Source: Blastocladiella emersonii ATCC 22665 (lineage: Eukaryota; Fungi; Blastocladiomycota). Taken from it: a stretch of 64,000 nucleotides of DNA. A program made the position numbers and the translations under genes. The stretch covers positions 744,001 to 808,000 of the forward strand of contig JANHCV010000002.1 in assembly GCA_025594325.1 (NCBI GenBank), given 5' to 3'. Below are positions 1-12,090 of this stretch, piece after piece; the stretch's first letter is position 1; the number at the start of each line of letters is the position of its first letter. The notes beneath the pieces were generated by a model that was not told the DNA's origin, made no database searches, and saw nothing but the letters and a program-made list of their open reading frames with translations.

Positions 1-2288
1 CGCGTGGGCGACCTTGCCGGACGTGGACCGGGTGCACGCGGTGCACAGGATGGCTGCGGCGGCGGGGGACTCGCGGACGCGGGTGGCGAGGACGGCGAGC
101 GGGCGGTCGTCGGGCTCGAGGCACAGGGCGTCGACGTCGCGCGTGTTGGCGACGAGGTTGGCCCACGCGCGGTCGACGCCGTTGCGCGTCTGCGGGTCGT
201 GGATGTCGCCGAGAAGACGGAGCAGCGTGGCGCGGAGGCTCGGGTCGGCGGCCACAGCGGCGGCACCGCGGGCGTGGCGGCAGCACTGGGCGGCAGTGGC
301 GACAGCGAGGCGCTGAGTCGGGAGCGGGTAAAAGTCGAGGAACTCGAGAAGCGCCGGGATGGCGCCGGCGTCGACGAGCGGGCCGGCGTCGGTGCCCTCA
401 ATGGCGTGGTGCGAGTCGCGGCCTGCGCCCGACGACGAGGGCTGATTGCCGGCGCCGGCACCCGCCGCGGACGGGTTGGGCGCGCCCGAGAGCTTGTGCA
501 AGACAAGGACGACGGCCTCGGCGACGTCAATGTACTCGATGTTGCGCAGGGTGGCGACGAGGGCAGGTGCGGCACGGGCGCGAGCGAGGAGCGGGACGGC
601 GCCCGAGGGAAAGGCGTCGAGGAGGGCGACGCACGAGCGTACGGCCATGAGGCTGACCTCGGTGCCGAGCAAGGCGTGGGCGAGCTGGGCGACCGTGTCC
701 TCGGGGTCGGTGCACTGGATGAGGGCGACGAGGCGGCGCGTGATGTGGTCGAGGACGTGGCGCGGCGGGGGTGGTGGTGCGTCGGCGCCACCGGTGGTGG
801 CGGAGGTGGGCGGCGACGAGGCCGAGGTCGGCGAGGTGCGGTAGTCGGCCGAGGTGGACATGCACACGGCGGCGAGCACCTCCTCGTGGTTGAGCAGGAG
901 CAGGTCGCCGAGCTGCTGCAGGGCCATGAACAGGTCGCTCGGGTCGTCGCACTGCGAGAGGTGGCGGGCGATGCCGCGCATCTCGTCGGCGAGACGGCGC
1001 GTCGCGGACATGGCGCCGTTGCCCGAGCCCGATCCCGCGCCGGCCAGGGCGGCCGCGTTCTGGAGCATGGCCGAGAGCATGCTCTGCATGTTGCCCTGGG
1101 ACTGGGGCTGGCTCGCCTGCGACGATGACGAGGCGGGCTGGGCGGCCGCGGGGGCATCTAGGAATTATTCGACGTGGTCAGTCCTGGTTTCCGAGAAGTG
1201 AGTCGGAGCCACGCACCACTCGAGGGAGCAGCCGACTCGGCCGGCGCAGCAGCCGGGGCCGGTGCCGGTGGCTCGGGCGCAGCCGCCGCCGCTGCCGAAG
1301 ACGGCGAGGAAGACGCCTCGGCCATGTTGGTGTTGCTGCTGTTGCGCTTGTTGGCGGTACGAGAAGTGCGCGGTCGCGCCGCGGTGGGTGCGGGCGGAGC
1401 CGAGGTCGGGGGTGGCGCCGTGGTGCCGGTCGCGTTGCGGGGAGTGTTGATGCGCGCACTGCGTCGGGCTCCCGTCGGCGCGGGCGGGGCGGGAGCGGGG
1501 GCGCCACGGGAAGCGGAGCGCGTTCCGCCGGCGGCCGCAGCGGCGGTGGTGACGCGACTCGGCGCGGCGGTCACGTCAGGTGACGCCACGCGCGCGCGCC
1601 GCGCTGAGCCGCTCGCCGTGGTCGCCGCCGAGGCAGCCGCGGCCGCGGCCGTGGACGAGCGCGTCGTGCGTGAGGTAGGCTTGGGCGGCGGGGTCGGGGG
1701 CGGGGGTGGTGACTGAATGGGGTGGGGACGTGTCAGTGCGTGTGGCGGCGCGGCGGTCTCTGGCGCGTCAGACAGGCGTACCGGGGCGGCGGCCCCGCGG
1801 CGGCGCGGGCGCTTGGTGGACGGCTCGACGGCGGCGGGCGACGCGGCGCGCTTGGTCGCGGAGCGGGTCTGGCGCTTGGACTCGCCGGGCCCGTCGTCGC
1901 CGGTCAGGGGCGTCGTGGTCCACTGCAGCGACGCGGCGATGGAGGTGCGGGCGCTGCGGCGGACGGGCGGGACGGGCGGTGCGGGTGTAGCGGAGGAGGA
2001 TGGCGCAGCTGCAGCGGCCGCCCGAGACGACAGCGAGCGGGTCGTGACTGACGGGGTGATGGGCGGCGAGGGCACGGCGGGCGCGGTGGCCCGAGCGGAG
2101 CGCGACGACGACGCCGAAGATGACGAGGACGACGCGACGGGCGTCGGGTCCTCGTGCTGCGCCTTCTGGCTGCTCAGGCGCGACGAGCGGCGCGGACCCG
2201 ACGACGCCGGGACCGGTGTGGGGGTGGCGGTGGGCAGGTTGGTGGTGGCGGCCGCGGCGGCACGGGCCGCAGGGCGTTTACGCGGCAT
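1..2288 (-). CDS. UFD4: HECT E3 ubiquitin ligase, UFD4/TRIP12/UPL3 family (5' part; runs off the left window edge)
   Basis: A disordered N-terminal exon (ORF 1158-2288) is joined by a GTGCGT..CTAG intron (1158-1216) to an ARM-like region reading ...ALVATLRNIEYIDVAEAVVLVLHKLS...ALLEFLDFYPLPTQRLAVATAAQCC, typical of the TRIP12/Ufd4 N-terminus. The HECT domain itself lies outside the window. Confidence 0.8.
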
Positions 2289-2681
2289 GGCGGGCGGGTA
2301 GGAGATCTCGGTGCGGGGAGATGGAGGTGCTGATGTGGTGAAGAGCGGATGCTGAGTGCGTCACTGTCCAGGAAGCGGCTCGCGGTCGCAGCGGCAGTCG
2401 TCGCGGAGTCGCTGGCGGTCAGGGGAACGGTGCTTGGGCGCGGGGGACTCGCGCGCTACGTGGGCCGGTCGGTCGAGTGATTCATCAGCACGTTGAGCAC
2501 GCCCACTGACGCCACGGCGAAAGGGAGAGAGAGAGAGCGCGGGCCGCGGACCGGCCGCGGCCGAGGCGGAGGCAGAGCGGGCGGAGCGAGGAGAACGCGG
2601 CGCGGTCGCGTGACCGCTCTCCACCTCTTTCTCTTCGCGCGCCCTTCGCCTCTCGCGCGATCCCTCGACCAAGCGGCCGCC

Positions 2682-4012
2682 ATGTCGTCGTCGCCGCTCG
2701 CCACCATGTATCACCGCCCGCACTCGCCGCTGCTGAGCGGGAGCGGGAACGCGCCGGGCCCCGCGCGCTCGGCGTCGCCGCCCCCACCCGCCCCGGCCAG
2801 CGACCTGTTCTCGCCCGCGTGGATCCCGCCGATCATCGCGTACTGCGCGTCCTCGATCCTCATGACGCTGACCAACAAGCTGGTGCTGTCGGGCTTCCCG
2901 TACCGCATGGTGTTCCTGATCCTGGCGGTCCAGTGCATCGCGTCGGCGGTGCTGCTCGAGCTGGCGCGCGCGTTCGGCCCGCGCCGCTTCTTCAGCTTCA
3001 CGCGGCCCGTCTCCGCCGCGACCCTGCGCGCGTGGCTGCCCGTCGCGTGCTCCATGGCGGCGATGCTGTACACGGGCGGCATGGCGCTCGCGCACCTGCC
3101 CGTCGGCGTCTTCACCATCTTCAAGAACCTGACCATCATCGTGATCGCGCTCGCCGAGCGCGCCACCGTCGGCACGCCCATCACGCTCGCCATGGCCGTG
3201 TCGTTCGCCCTCATGGTGCTGTCGTCGGGGATCACAGCGCACGCCGACCTGGGCGCCGCCGACGAGGTGACGGCCGCGAGCGCCGCGGGGTACGCGTGGG
3301 TGCTGGCCAACTGCGCGACCTCCGCCTTCTTTGTCCTGCACATGCGCCGCACCATCAAGGCGCTGCGCTTGCGCGACCTCGAGACCGTGTACCTCAACAA
3401 CATGCTGGCCGCGCCGCTGTTCCTGGTGCTTTCCGCGCTCGTCGACCCGTGGGCCGAGCTGCAGGACCCCGACCACATTGACGCCGCTGCGCCGTTCCTG
3501 ACCGCCGCCGTCATGTCGGGCCTGACCGCGTTCGCCATCAGCTTCGCGTCCGCGTGGTGCGTGCGCGTCGTCAACACCACCACCTACTCGGTCGTCGGCG
3601 CCCTCAACAAGCTGCCCGTGTCGCTCGCCGGCCTCTTGTTCCTCGAGGAACCCGCGACGCCCGGATTGCTCGTCGGGATCGGTCTCGGTGCGTATTGGCT
3701 CTTGTCTCACCCTCACACTGCGTGCTCACCACTGTCACCGGGATAGGTTTCTCGGCCGGCCTGCTGTACAGCAAAGCCAAGCGCGCGAGCGACAAGGCGC
3801 GGTCGCGTACGGCCGCCGTCGCGCCGGCGGCCGGCCCGCCGGTCGAGCTCAGCTCGGTGCACTCGCCGCGGCCCGACGGCGCCGCTGACCACGACGACGA
3901 GGACGCAGGGGACGGCGCGACCACGCGCCACCCACTGCTCAAGTCGCCCGTCGCACAATCCAAGGACGTGTCGCCGCACCTGGACGGCGCGAGCACGGTG
4001 CGGCGGATCTAA
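2682..4012 (+). CDS. VRG4: Golgi GDP-mannose transporter (nucleotide-sugar transporter)
   Basis: Motifs IIAYCASSILMTLTNK, FTIFKNLTII and TTYSVVGALNKLP; multiple TM segments; intron 3688-3746 (GTGCGT..ATAG) restores GLG|FSAGLLYSKAK. Confidence 0.9.
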
Positions 4013-4039
4013 AATGAGGGGGGATAAACATTTTGTAGG

Positions 4040-5140
4040 CTATGCGTAGGTGATGAGAGCCATGAAGCCCAGGAACCCGACGAGGCCGAGCGCGTGCCAC
4101 TTGGGCGTCTCGAGGTCGGGCTTGGGCACGGCGAGCATGCGGCGCGCCGGCTTGGGCGCGGACGGGGAGGGTTCTGCAGCAGGGGTCACCTCCGACCCGG
4201 CGGCAGGAGCGGTCACGTCGATTTCGTCGAGCGAGCACACGGGCTCCGAGGGCACGCGGACGGGCCGCACGCCGCCGAAAAAGTCGGTGACCTTGGCCTG
4301 GTCGAGCGAGCGGGCGAAGAGGTCGGTGCGGAGGCCGGGGGTCGAGTGCATCTTGACGGGGTCGAGGGCGGCGAACAGCTCGGCGAGCGAGGTGTTGGCG
4401 GTGCGGTCGATGCCCTCGAGCAGGTCGAGCGTGTAGTAGGTGAAACGGTCGATGACGGCGACGCCGAGGTCCGTGTCCATGTGGTGCGAGTACGAGTTCT
4501 CGCCCTTGGCCGAGGAGCCCGCGGCGAGCACGTTGGGCGACTTGATCTGCGAGTAGAGGGTGTTGGCCTGGCACGTGTCGACCATGAACAGGATCTCCTT
4601 GTACCGGCGCGCCTCGTACATTTGCGCGAACGCGTCGGCCAGGTCGTGGGCGCCGAGCTCCTCGCTGTCCTGGAACTTGAGGAACTCGTCGCCGCCGTGG
4701 CCCGTCATGAAGACGAGGATGCGCGAGGCGTGGTCCGACAGCAGGCGCTTGGACCGCGGGACGTGGGCGGGCAGGCGGTCGGTGAGCAGGCGGATCAGGG
4801 TCTCGGCGGTGACCTCGTAGCCGCGGTAGTCGACCTCGACGGCGTCGCCGTACAGGTCGAGGCGCGCGTCGGCGTTGTTGATGACGCGCGCGGGCTGCGC
4901 GTTGCGCGGGTTGCACGGCATGTCGTCGGCGAGCAGCAGCAGGATGTTCTCGTCCGGGATGCCCAGCCGCTTCACGGTGCGGTACATGGACAGCGTGTTG
5001 GCGACGTGCCGGTAGTTGAACCAGAACCGCGACGTGCACACGAGCACCGCCCAGTTGTTGTGCGCGTCGTCGGTCGTCGCCGTGGCGAGCGCGAGGGCGG
5101 TGAGAGCCAACCAGGCCAGAATATAGAACAAGAGCTTCAT
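4040..5140 (-). CDS. GPI8: GPI-anchor transamidase catalytic subunit (peptidase C13)
   Basis: Signal peptide, [21 protein letters not shown], catalytic TGHGG and VDTCQA motifs, C-terminal TM helix. Confidence 0.95.
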   Translation of the reverse strand: MKLLFYILAWLALTALALATATTDDAHNNWAVLVCTSRFWFNYRHVANTLSMYRTVKRLGIPDENILLLLADDMPCNPRNAQPARVINNADARLDLYGDAVEVDYRGYEVTAETLIRLLTDRLPAHVPRSKRLLSDHASRILVFMTGHGGDEFLKFQDSEELGAHDLADAFAQMYEARRYKEILFMVDTCQANTLYSQIKSPNVLAAGSSAKGENSYSHHMDTDLGVAVIDRFTYYTLDLLEGIDRTANTSLAELFAALDPVKMHSTPGLRTDLFARSLDQAKVTDFFGGVRPVRVPSEPVCSLDEIDVTAPAAGSEVTPAAEPSPSAPKPARRMLAVPKPDLETPKWHALGLVGFLGFMALITYA

Positions 5141-5523
5141 GTTGCGCCAAGTTGCGTGTCCAGCTGCATTCGTTTCGCGGGGTGGTCGGGACCGAGAGGG
5201 AGAGGCGAAGCGAAGTCGCCAACGAACGAGCGAGTGGCGCTCAGCTCACACCGGCGTGACCGACGCGAGACGCGTTCCCTCCCGGCCGCGCCCGCATTTT
5301 CACGCTCCGCTGAGCCGCCCCCCCGTGACGGCGCGATAGGCGCAACACGGAGGCGTGATCGTGGCGCAGCGCGTCGCCGGCGAGGGCACCGTCCGCATCC
5401 GGCAGGCGCGAACGGCGAACGGCGACCACACGCGTTATCAGCGCAGCAGCGTGGGCCCGCCCCCGATTCCATTTCCCATGACGTCGCCGTATTTACGCTC
5501 GCAACCCGTGAACAAGCTGAATT

Positions 5524-5662
5524 GCTCGGTGCAGCCGCCGGGCTCGGTGCAGCCGCAGTGCAGCCGCGCCCGGCCAGCGCGGATCGGGTCGGCCCGGCCT
5601 TGGCGGCGCGGAAGAGCGAGCGCGAGCTGGCCAGGCCAGTGGCCAGGCCAGTGGCCAGGCCA
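5524..5662 (+). repeat. Short tandem repeats in the GPI8/urea amidolyase divergent promoter
   Basis: GCTCGGTGCAGCCGC occurs at 5524 and 5542 (partial third copy at 5558). TGGCCAGGCCAG occurs three times at 5628-5662 (last copy ends in A). A TATAAG follows at 5716. Confidence 0.8.
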
Positions 5663-5771
5663 ACATGGAGCTGGCCGACGTGGGGTCGCCGTTCGTGTGA
5701 GGCGAGCTGCCACCGTATAAGAAGCCCGTCGGCCTCGCCCCTCCGGCGCCATCCTCAAGGACACTATCGCC

Positions 5772-8700
5772 ATGTCACCGCCGCCTGAGCCCGTTGGACC
5801 GTCCGTCACTGCACCGGTGAAGCCCGCCGTGGCGCCCGCGGCCGCTGCTGTCACCGCCGCCAAGTCCGTTTCCGCACCTCCAACCACCGCCGGCGAGCCC
5901 CTCGCCACGCTCGGCTGGACCGCCGCCGACTGGCGCGCCGCGGCCATCGCCGTGACCGAGGACGGCCGCAAGGCGTGGAACCCGTCGCACCTCGCGCGTC
6001 TGCAGTCGCTCGCCGTCCACATTGCGCGCGAGGCCGCCGACGCCAGCAGCTCGGACCGCGCATGGATCGCCGTCGCGACGCCCGCCCAGATCGAGATCCA
6101 GTGGACCTCGCTCGTCCTGCGCTACGCCGAGTCAACCGATTACACGCTCCCGCCGCTGTTCGGCGTTCCCGTCGCCATCAAGGACAACATCGACGTCGTC
6201 GGGTTTCCGACCACGGCTGCGTGCCCCGGCTTTGCCTACTCGCCGACCGAGCACGCGACCGTTGTGCAGCGACTCGTCGACGCGGGCGCGATCGTCGTCG
6301 GCAAGACCAACCTCGACCAGTTCGCCACGGGCCTCGTCGGTACCCGCTCGCCCGTCTACGGCGCCGTCGCCAACGCGCTCGGCCGCGAGAAGAAGCTCGC
6401 CGTCACCGACACGCGCATCTCGGGCGGGTCGTCGTCGGGTTCCGCCGTCGCCGTCGCGCGCGGCCTCGTCCCGCTCGCCCTCGGCACCGACACGGCCGGC
6501 AGCGGCCGCGTGCCTGCAGGGTTCAACAACATCATCGGCGTCAAGCCGACGCGCGGCCGCCTCAGCGCGCGCGGCGTGGTCCCCGCGTGCAAGTCGCTCG
6601 ACACGGCGTCCATCTTCGCCGCCACGCTGGCCGACGCGCACCTCGCACTCGCCGTGACCACGGGCTTCGACTACGACGACGCCTACTCGCGCCACTCGGT
6701 CCCCGTCCCGCCGCCGCGCCCGTGGACCGGCCGCCGCAAGGTCGCGGTCCCGCGCGACCCCGTGTTCGCCGCGCTGCCCTCGACGCCTGACGCTGACGTG
6801 CTCGCGCGCGGCGCGTTTGAGCGCACGTGTCGCCAGTTTGCCGAGGTGCTCGACGTCGAGCTGGTGCCCGTCGACTTTGCGCCCTTGCACCAGCTCGCCG
6901 CGCTGCTGTATGAGGGGCCGTGGGTCGCCGAGCGGTGGGCCGCGATTGGCGAGTACGTCCGCACCGTCGGCAAGGAAATGGACCCGACCGTGCTCAAGGT
7001 ACGCCTTACCGCTCGCTCGTCGCAACACCAAACCTAACTGCAAATCTTAGATCGTCCGCGGCGCCGAGCGCTTCTCCGCGACCGACTGCTTCGCCGCCGA
7101 GTACAAGGCCCAGTCGCTGCGCCGCGCCATCGCCACGCTGCTCGCGCCCTTTGACGCCGTCCTCGTCCCGACCACCCCGTGCCCAGCACCCACCTTCTCC
7201 GACATTGCCGCCGAGCCCGTCTCCGTCAACGCAACGCTCGGCACCTACACCAACTTTGTCAACCTCGCCGACCTGTGCGGCCTCGCGCTCCCCGCTGGCT
7301 ACCTGCACGGCCACGCGCCCGCTGACGCTGACCGCGAGACGCTCGCGTTCGGGATCACCCTGCTCGCGCCCGCGTGGCACGAAGAGCGGCTGCTCGAGCT
7401 CGGCGCCGACTGGCTCGCCGTGTGCGAGAACGGGACGCGCCGGCTCGGCGCCACGGACCGCCGCGCAAACGCCGCCGACCACGACGCCGTGGCGATCGTC
7501 CCGACGGTGCCTACCGTCAAGCTCGCTGTCGTCGGCGCGCACCTCCGCGGCATGCCGCTGCACCGCGAGCTCACGGTCATCGATGCGCGGCTCGTCGCCG
7601 CGACGGCTACGGCGCCCAAGTACCGCCTGTACGCCCTGCCGGGCACCACGCCGCCGAAGCCTGGCCTCGTGCGTGTCGCTGACGACGACGAGACCGGCGT
7701 GTCGATCGCCATCGAGGTGTACGAGGTGACGCACGCCGCGCTCGGCACTTTCACCGCGGGCGTCCCCGCGCCGCTCGCCATCGGCAACGTCGAGACGGCC
7801 GCCGGCGAGTGGGTCAAGGGGTTCGTGTGCGAGCCCGCGGCCGTGCGCGGCGCGACGGACGTGTCGCCGCTCGGCGGCTGGCGCACGTACATGTCGTCGC
7901 TCGGCAAGCCCGTCCCGCTGTTCACGCGCGTGCTCGTCGCGAACCGCGGCGAGATCGCGGTCCGCGCGACCCGCACGCTGCAGCGGCTCGGCGTCCGCGC
8001 GATCGCCGTGTTTGCCGAGTCGGACCGGTACTCGGCGCACGTCGCGGCCGCGGATACGGCAATTCTGCTGCCCGCCGATGTTGCGGATGCAGCGTCGACG
8101 TACCTCGACGTGGGCAAGATCCTGCGCGCGGCCGCGCGCACCGGCGCCCAGGCCGTGTGGCCCGGGTACGGCTTCCTGTCCGAGAACCCCGAGTTTGCCG
8201 CGCAGTGCGAGGCCGCGGGGCTCGTGTTCATCGGCCCGACGCCCGACCAGATGCGCATCTTCGCGCACAAGCACACGGCCAAGTCTGCGGCCGCCGCAGT
8301 CGGCGTCCCGCAGGTCCCCGCGTCGCCGCTCCTGCGCGACGTCGCGCACGCGCAGGCCGAGGCGATCCGCATCGGGTACCCGGTCATGCTCAAGTGCACG
8401 GCGGGCGGCGGCGGGATCGGCCTCGTGCGCGTCGACCGCGCCGAGGACATGCCCGACGCGATGCGCACGGTGCAGCGTATGGGGATGAGCTACTTTGGCG
8501 ACGGCGCCGTGTTCGTCGAGAAGTGCGTGCTCAACGCGCGCCACTTCGAGGTCCAGGTCATGGGCGACGGCAAGGGGAACGTCGTCGCCCTCGGCGAGCG
8601 CGACTGCACCCTGCAGCGCCGCCACCAGAAGGTCATTGAGGAGGCGCCCGCCCCCGAGCTGCCCAACTCAGTCCGTGCTGACCTGATTGCGCACTCGATC

Positions 8701-11691
8701 CGGCTCATGCGCAGCGTCAAATACCGCGGCGCGGGGACAGTCGAGTTCATCTACGACGTCCAGGCGCGCGAGGTGTACTTTCTCGAGGTCAACGCACGGC
8801 TCCAGGTACGGTTTCTCGGCTCGCTAAACACGATTTCGTTTGACTGACACATCTCACTTGTTGTACAGGTCGAGCACCCCGTCACCGAGGCCATCATGGG
8901 AATCGACCTCGTCGAGTGGATGGTCCAGATCGCCGCCGACCACGACATGCGGCCGGCGTTCCGCGCCGCCGACCACGACATGCGGCCGGCGTTCCGCGCC
9001 GCCGAGTCCGCTGCCGCCTCCCGCGGCGACTCGTCGTCGGGCACCGCCATCGAGGTGCGCGTCTACGCCGAGGACCCGGCGCACGGTTTCCGCCCGTCGC
9101 CAGGCAAGCTCGGCGCCGTCGACCTGCCCGCGTCGCTGCCCGGCGTCCGCGTCGACACCTGGATCAGCAGCGGCATCACGGTGCCCGCCGCGTACGACCC
9201 GCTGCTCGCCAAGCTGATCGTCCACGGCGCAACGCGCGCCGACGCGATTGCCCGCATGCAGGCCGCGCTCGCCGCGACGCGCATTGACGGGATCGTGACC
9301 AACCTCGAGTACCTCCGCGCCGTCGTCGCGTCGTCCATGTTCACGGGTGCCACGTTCACGACCAAGTCGCTCGACACGTTCTCGTTCGCGCCTGCGGCCG
9401 CCATCTCGGTCATCGCGCCCGGTACCGCCACGTCCGTCCAGGATTTCCCCGGCCGCGTCGGCCGCTGGGACGTCGGCGTGCCGCCGTCGGGCCCCATGGA
9501 CGCGCTCGCGTTCCGCGTCGCCAACCGCATCGTCGCCAACGCCGAGTCGGCCGCCGCGCTCGAGTGCACCCTCGCGGGACCCGTGCTCGAGTTTGCCGCG
9601 CCGGCGGTCGTCGCCATGACGGGTGCCGCGGCGCCCGTGACGCTCGACGGTAAGCCCGCCGACATGTGGACCCCGATCTCGGTCGCCCCGGGCCAGCGGC
9701 TCGCTGTCGGCACGCCGTCTGCGGCCGGGTGCCGCACGTACGTCGCGGTGCGCGGCGGGATCGACGTGCCCAAGGTCCTCGGCAGCCGCGCGACGTTTGC
9801 GCTCGGCGAGACGGGCGGCGTCGCGGGCCGCGTTTTGCGCGCGGGCGACCGGCTCGCGGTCGGCGACGAGGTGATCCCGCCGCCGGCAGTACCTGCGCCC
9901 GCGCCCGCCGCGCTGATCCCGGCGTATCCCGCGTCCGGCGAGCCGTGGACGCTCGCGGCGCTCGTCGGCCCGCACGCCGCGCCCGACTACCTGACGCCGC
10001 GCGGGCTCGCGGCTTTCCTCGCGGCCGAGTGGCGCGTCGGGCACAACGCGAACCGGCTCGGCGTGCGGCTCACGGGCGGGCCGAAACCCGAGTTTGCGCG
10101 GGCCACGGGCGGCGAGGCCGGGCTGCACCCGTCCAACGTTCATGACTGCCCGTACGCGATCGGCAGCGTCAACCTCACGGGCGACCACCCAACGATCCTC
10201 ACGCAGGACGGGCCGTCGCTCGGCGGGTTCGTGTGCCCGATCACCATCGCCGAGGTTGAGATGTGGAAGGTCGGGCAGCTGCGGCCTGGCGACCGCGTCC
10301 GCTTCGAGCTCGTGGCGTGGGACGCGGCGCGCGACGCGCAGCGCCTGATCGACGAGGGCGTGCGTGACCTCAAGGCCGATGCGACGCTCGGTGCCATCGC
10401 GGGCTCGGGCGAGTCCAAGGCTGTCCTCGTCGATATGCCGCCCGCCGGCGACCGCCCGCGCACCGTGTACCGCCAGGCCGGCGACCGCGCGCTGCTCATC
10501 GAGTACGGCGACGACACGCTCGACTTGCGTCTCCGGTTCCGCGTGCACGCGCTGATGCAGGCCGTGAGCGCGACGGCAGACCTGTTCGTCCGCGAGCTCG
10601 TGCCGGGCGTCCGCTCGCTGCAGATCCAGTACGACGCGTCGCGCACCACGCAGTCGGCCCTCGTCTCGCGCGTTCTCGAGCTTGATGCCGCACTCCCGCC
10701 CGTCGCCACCATGCGCGTCCCGTCGCGCGTCGTGCGCCTGCCCATTGCGTTCGACGACGCGGCGACCCGCGACACGGTGACGCGGTACGTGGCGACGGTC
10801 CGCGGCGACGCGCCGTACCTACCGTCCAACACCGAGTTCCTGCGCCGCGCCAACGGGTTGGACTCGACGCGTGCGGTGCAGGACGCCATCACCGCGTCGA
10901 CGTACCTGGTCCTTGGTCTCGGCGACGTGTACTACGGCGCGCCGTGCGCGGTCCCGCTCGACGTGCGGCACCGGCTTAAGGGCGCCAAGTACAACCCGGC
11001 GCGCACGTACACGGCCGAGGGCGTGGTCGGGATCGGCGGCATGTATATGTGCATCTACGGCGTCGCGTCGCCCGGCGGGTACCAGCTCGTCGGCCGCACG
11101 CTGCCCGTGTGGGACGACGTGCAGGCCGCGCGGCCTGTCGGCGACCGCGAGCCGTGGATGCTTCGGTTCTTTGACCAGGTCAAGTACTACCGCGTTGCGC
11201 CCGACGAGATCGAGCGACTGCGCGCCGGCTTCCGCCACGCGCGCGCCAACGGGCGCGACGTTGCCGACCTCGTCAAGATCGAGGAGACCGAGTTCCACCT
11301 CGGCGAGTACCTCGGGTGGCTCGACGCGCACCGCGACGAGATCGAAGCGGCCGAGGCCAAGCGCAACGCGGCGTTCGACCGCGAGCTCGCGCGGTGGGGC
11401 GAGTACGAGTCGCGGCTCGCCGCCGCCGACCCCGCGGTTTCGCGCAAGTCGGCTGCGAACGACGTGTTCCCCGAGTCGTGGGCGCGCGTCACGGCCGGAC
11501 TCGCGAGCCGCACGTGGAAGGTGCTCGTGGCCGAAGGCGACGCGGTCGAGGCGGGCCAGACGCTTATCCTCGTCGAGGCCATGAAGGCCGAGGTGCCCGT
11601 CGTTGCGCCGCGCGGCGGGACCGCGCGCGCGGTCCGGTGCCGTCCTGGCGACGATCTCGCGCCCGAGGATGTCGTGGTTGTGATTGAGTGA
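5772..11691 (+). CDS. DUR1,2: Urea amidolyase (allophanate hydrolase + urea carboxylase + biotin carrier), about 1934 aa
   Basis: Amidase motifs KDNIDV, GGSSSGS and GTDTAGSGRVP; AH C-domain VVGAHLRGMPL; biotin carboxylase VLVANRGEIA, TAGGGGIG and RLQ|VEHPVTE; carboxyltransferase domains; biotin-lysine EAMK. Introns 6999-7050 and 8806-8868 restore a single frame. Confidence 0.95.
8931..9005 (+). repeat. Perfect 33-bp in-frame tandem duplication inside urea amidolyase
   Basis: CGCCGCCGACCACGACATGCGGCCGGCGTTCCG at 8931-8963 and 8964-8996, encoding AADHDMRPAFR twice. Confidence 0.95.
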
Positions 11692-12090
11692 TGTGCTCGG
11701 TTGATAGAAGAAGTGATATGCCATTTTGGAGCGAATCATTGAGCTGAGGTCCCTGGCGCGGCCATGTTGGTCGCTTACACCACTAATGGGAGCGCTGGTC
11801 AAGAACGCGAACCTTGTTGACTGTCTCGCACCGACCACACGGCCATTATTTTGCAAAGCAAACGCAACTGGATGGATGGGCTGCCATGCGCGTGCACATG
11901 CGGTCGTGGCTAGAGGGGTGGGACGCGTCGAGAAAACAGGTGACCTACGCGTGAGCGCGTGAGGCTGGGGTCGGCCGCGCTTGTTGGGCTACCCCTGGCG
12001 TGGGCCGACCCACCTTCGGCTGAGCGCCCCCTCTCCCTCTCCGCCCCGAGCTCTCCCTGTAACCCAACGCAACCAGTCCCAGCAAGGACC

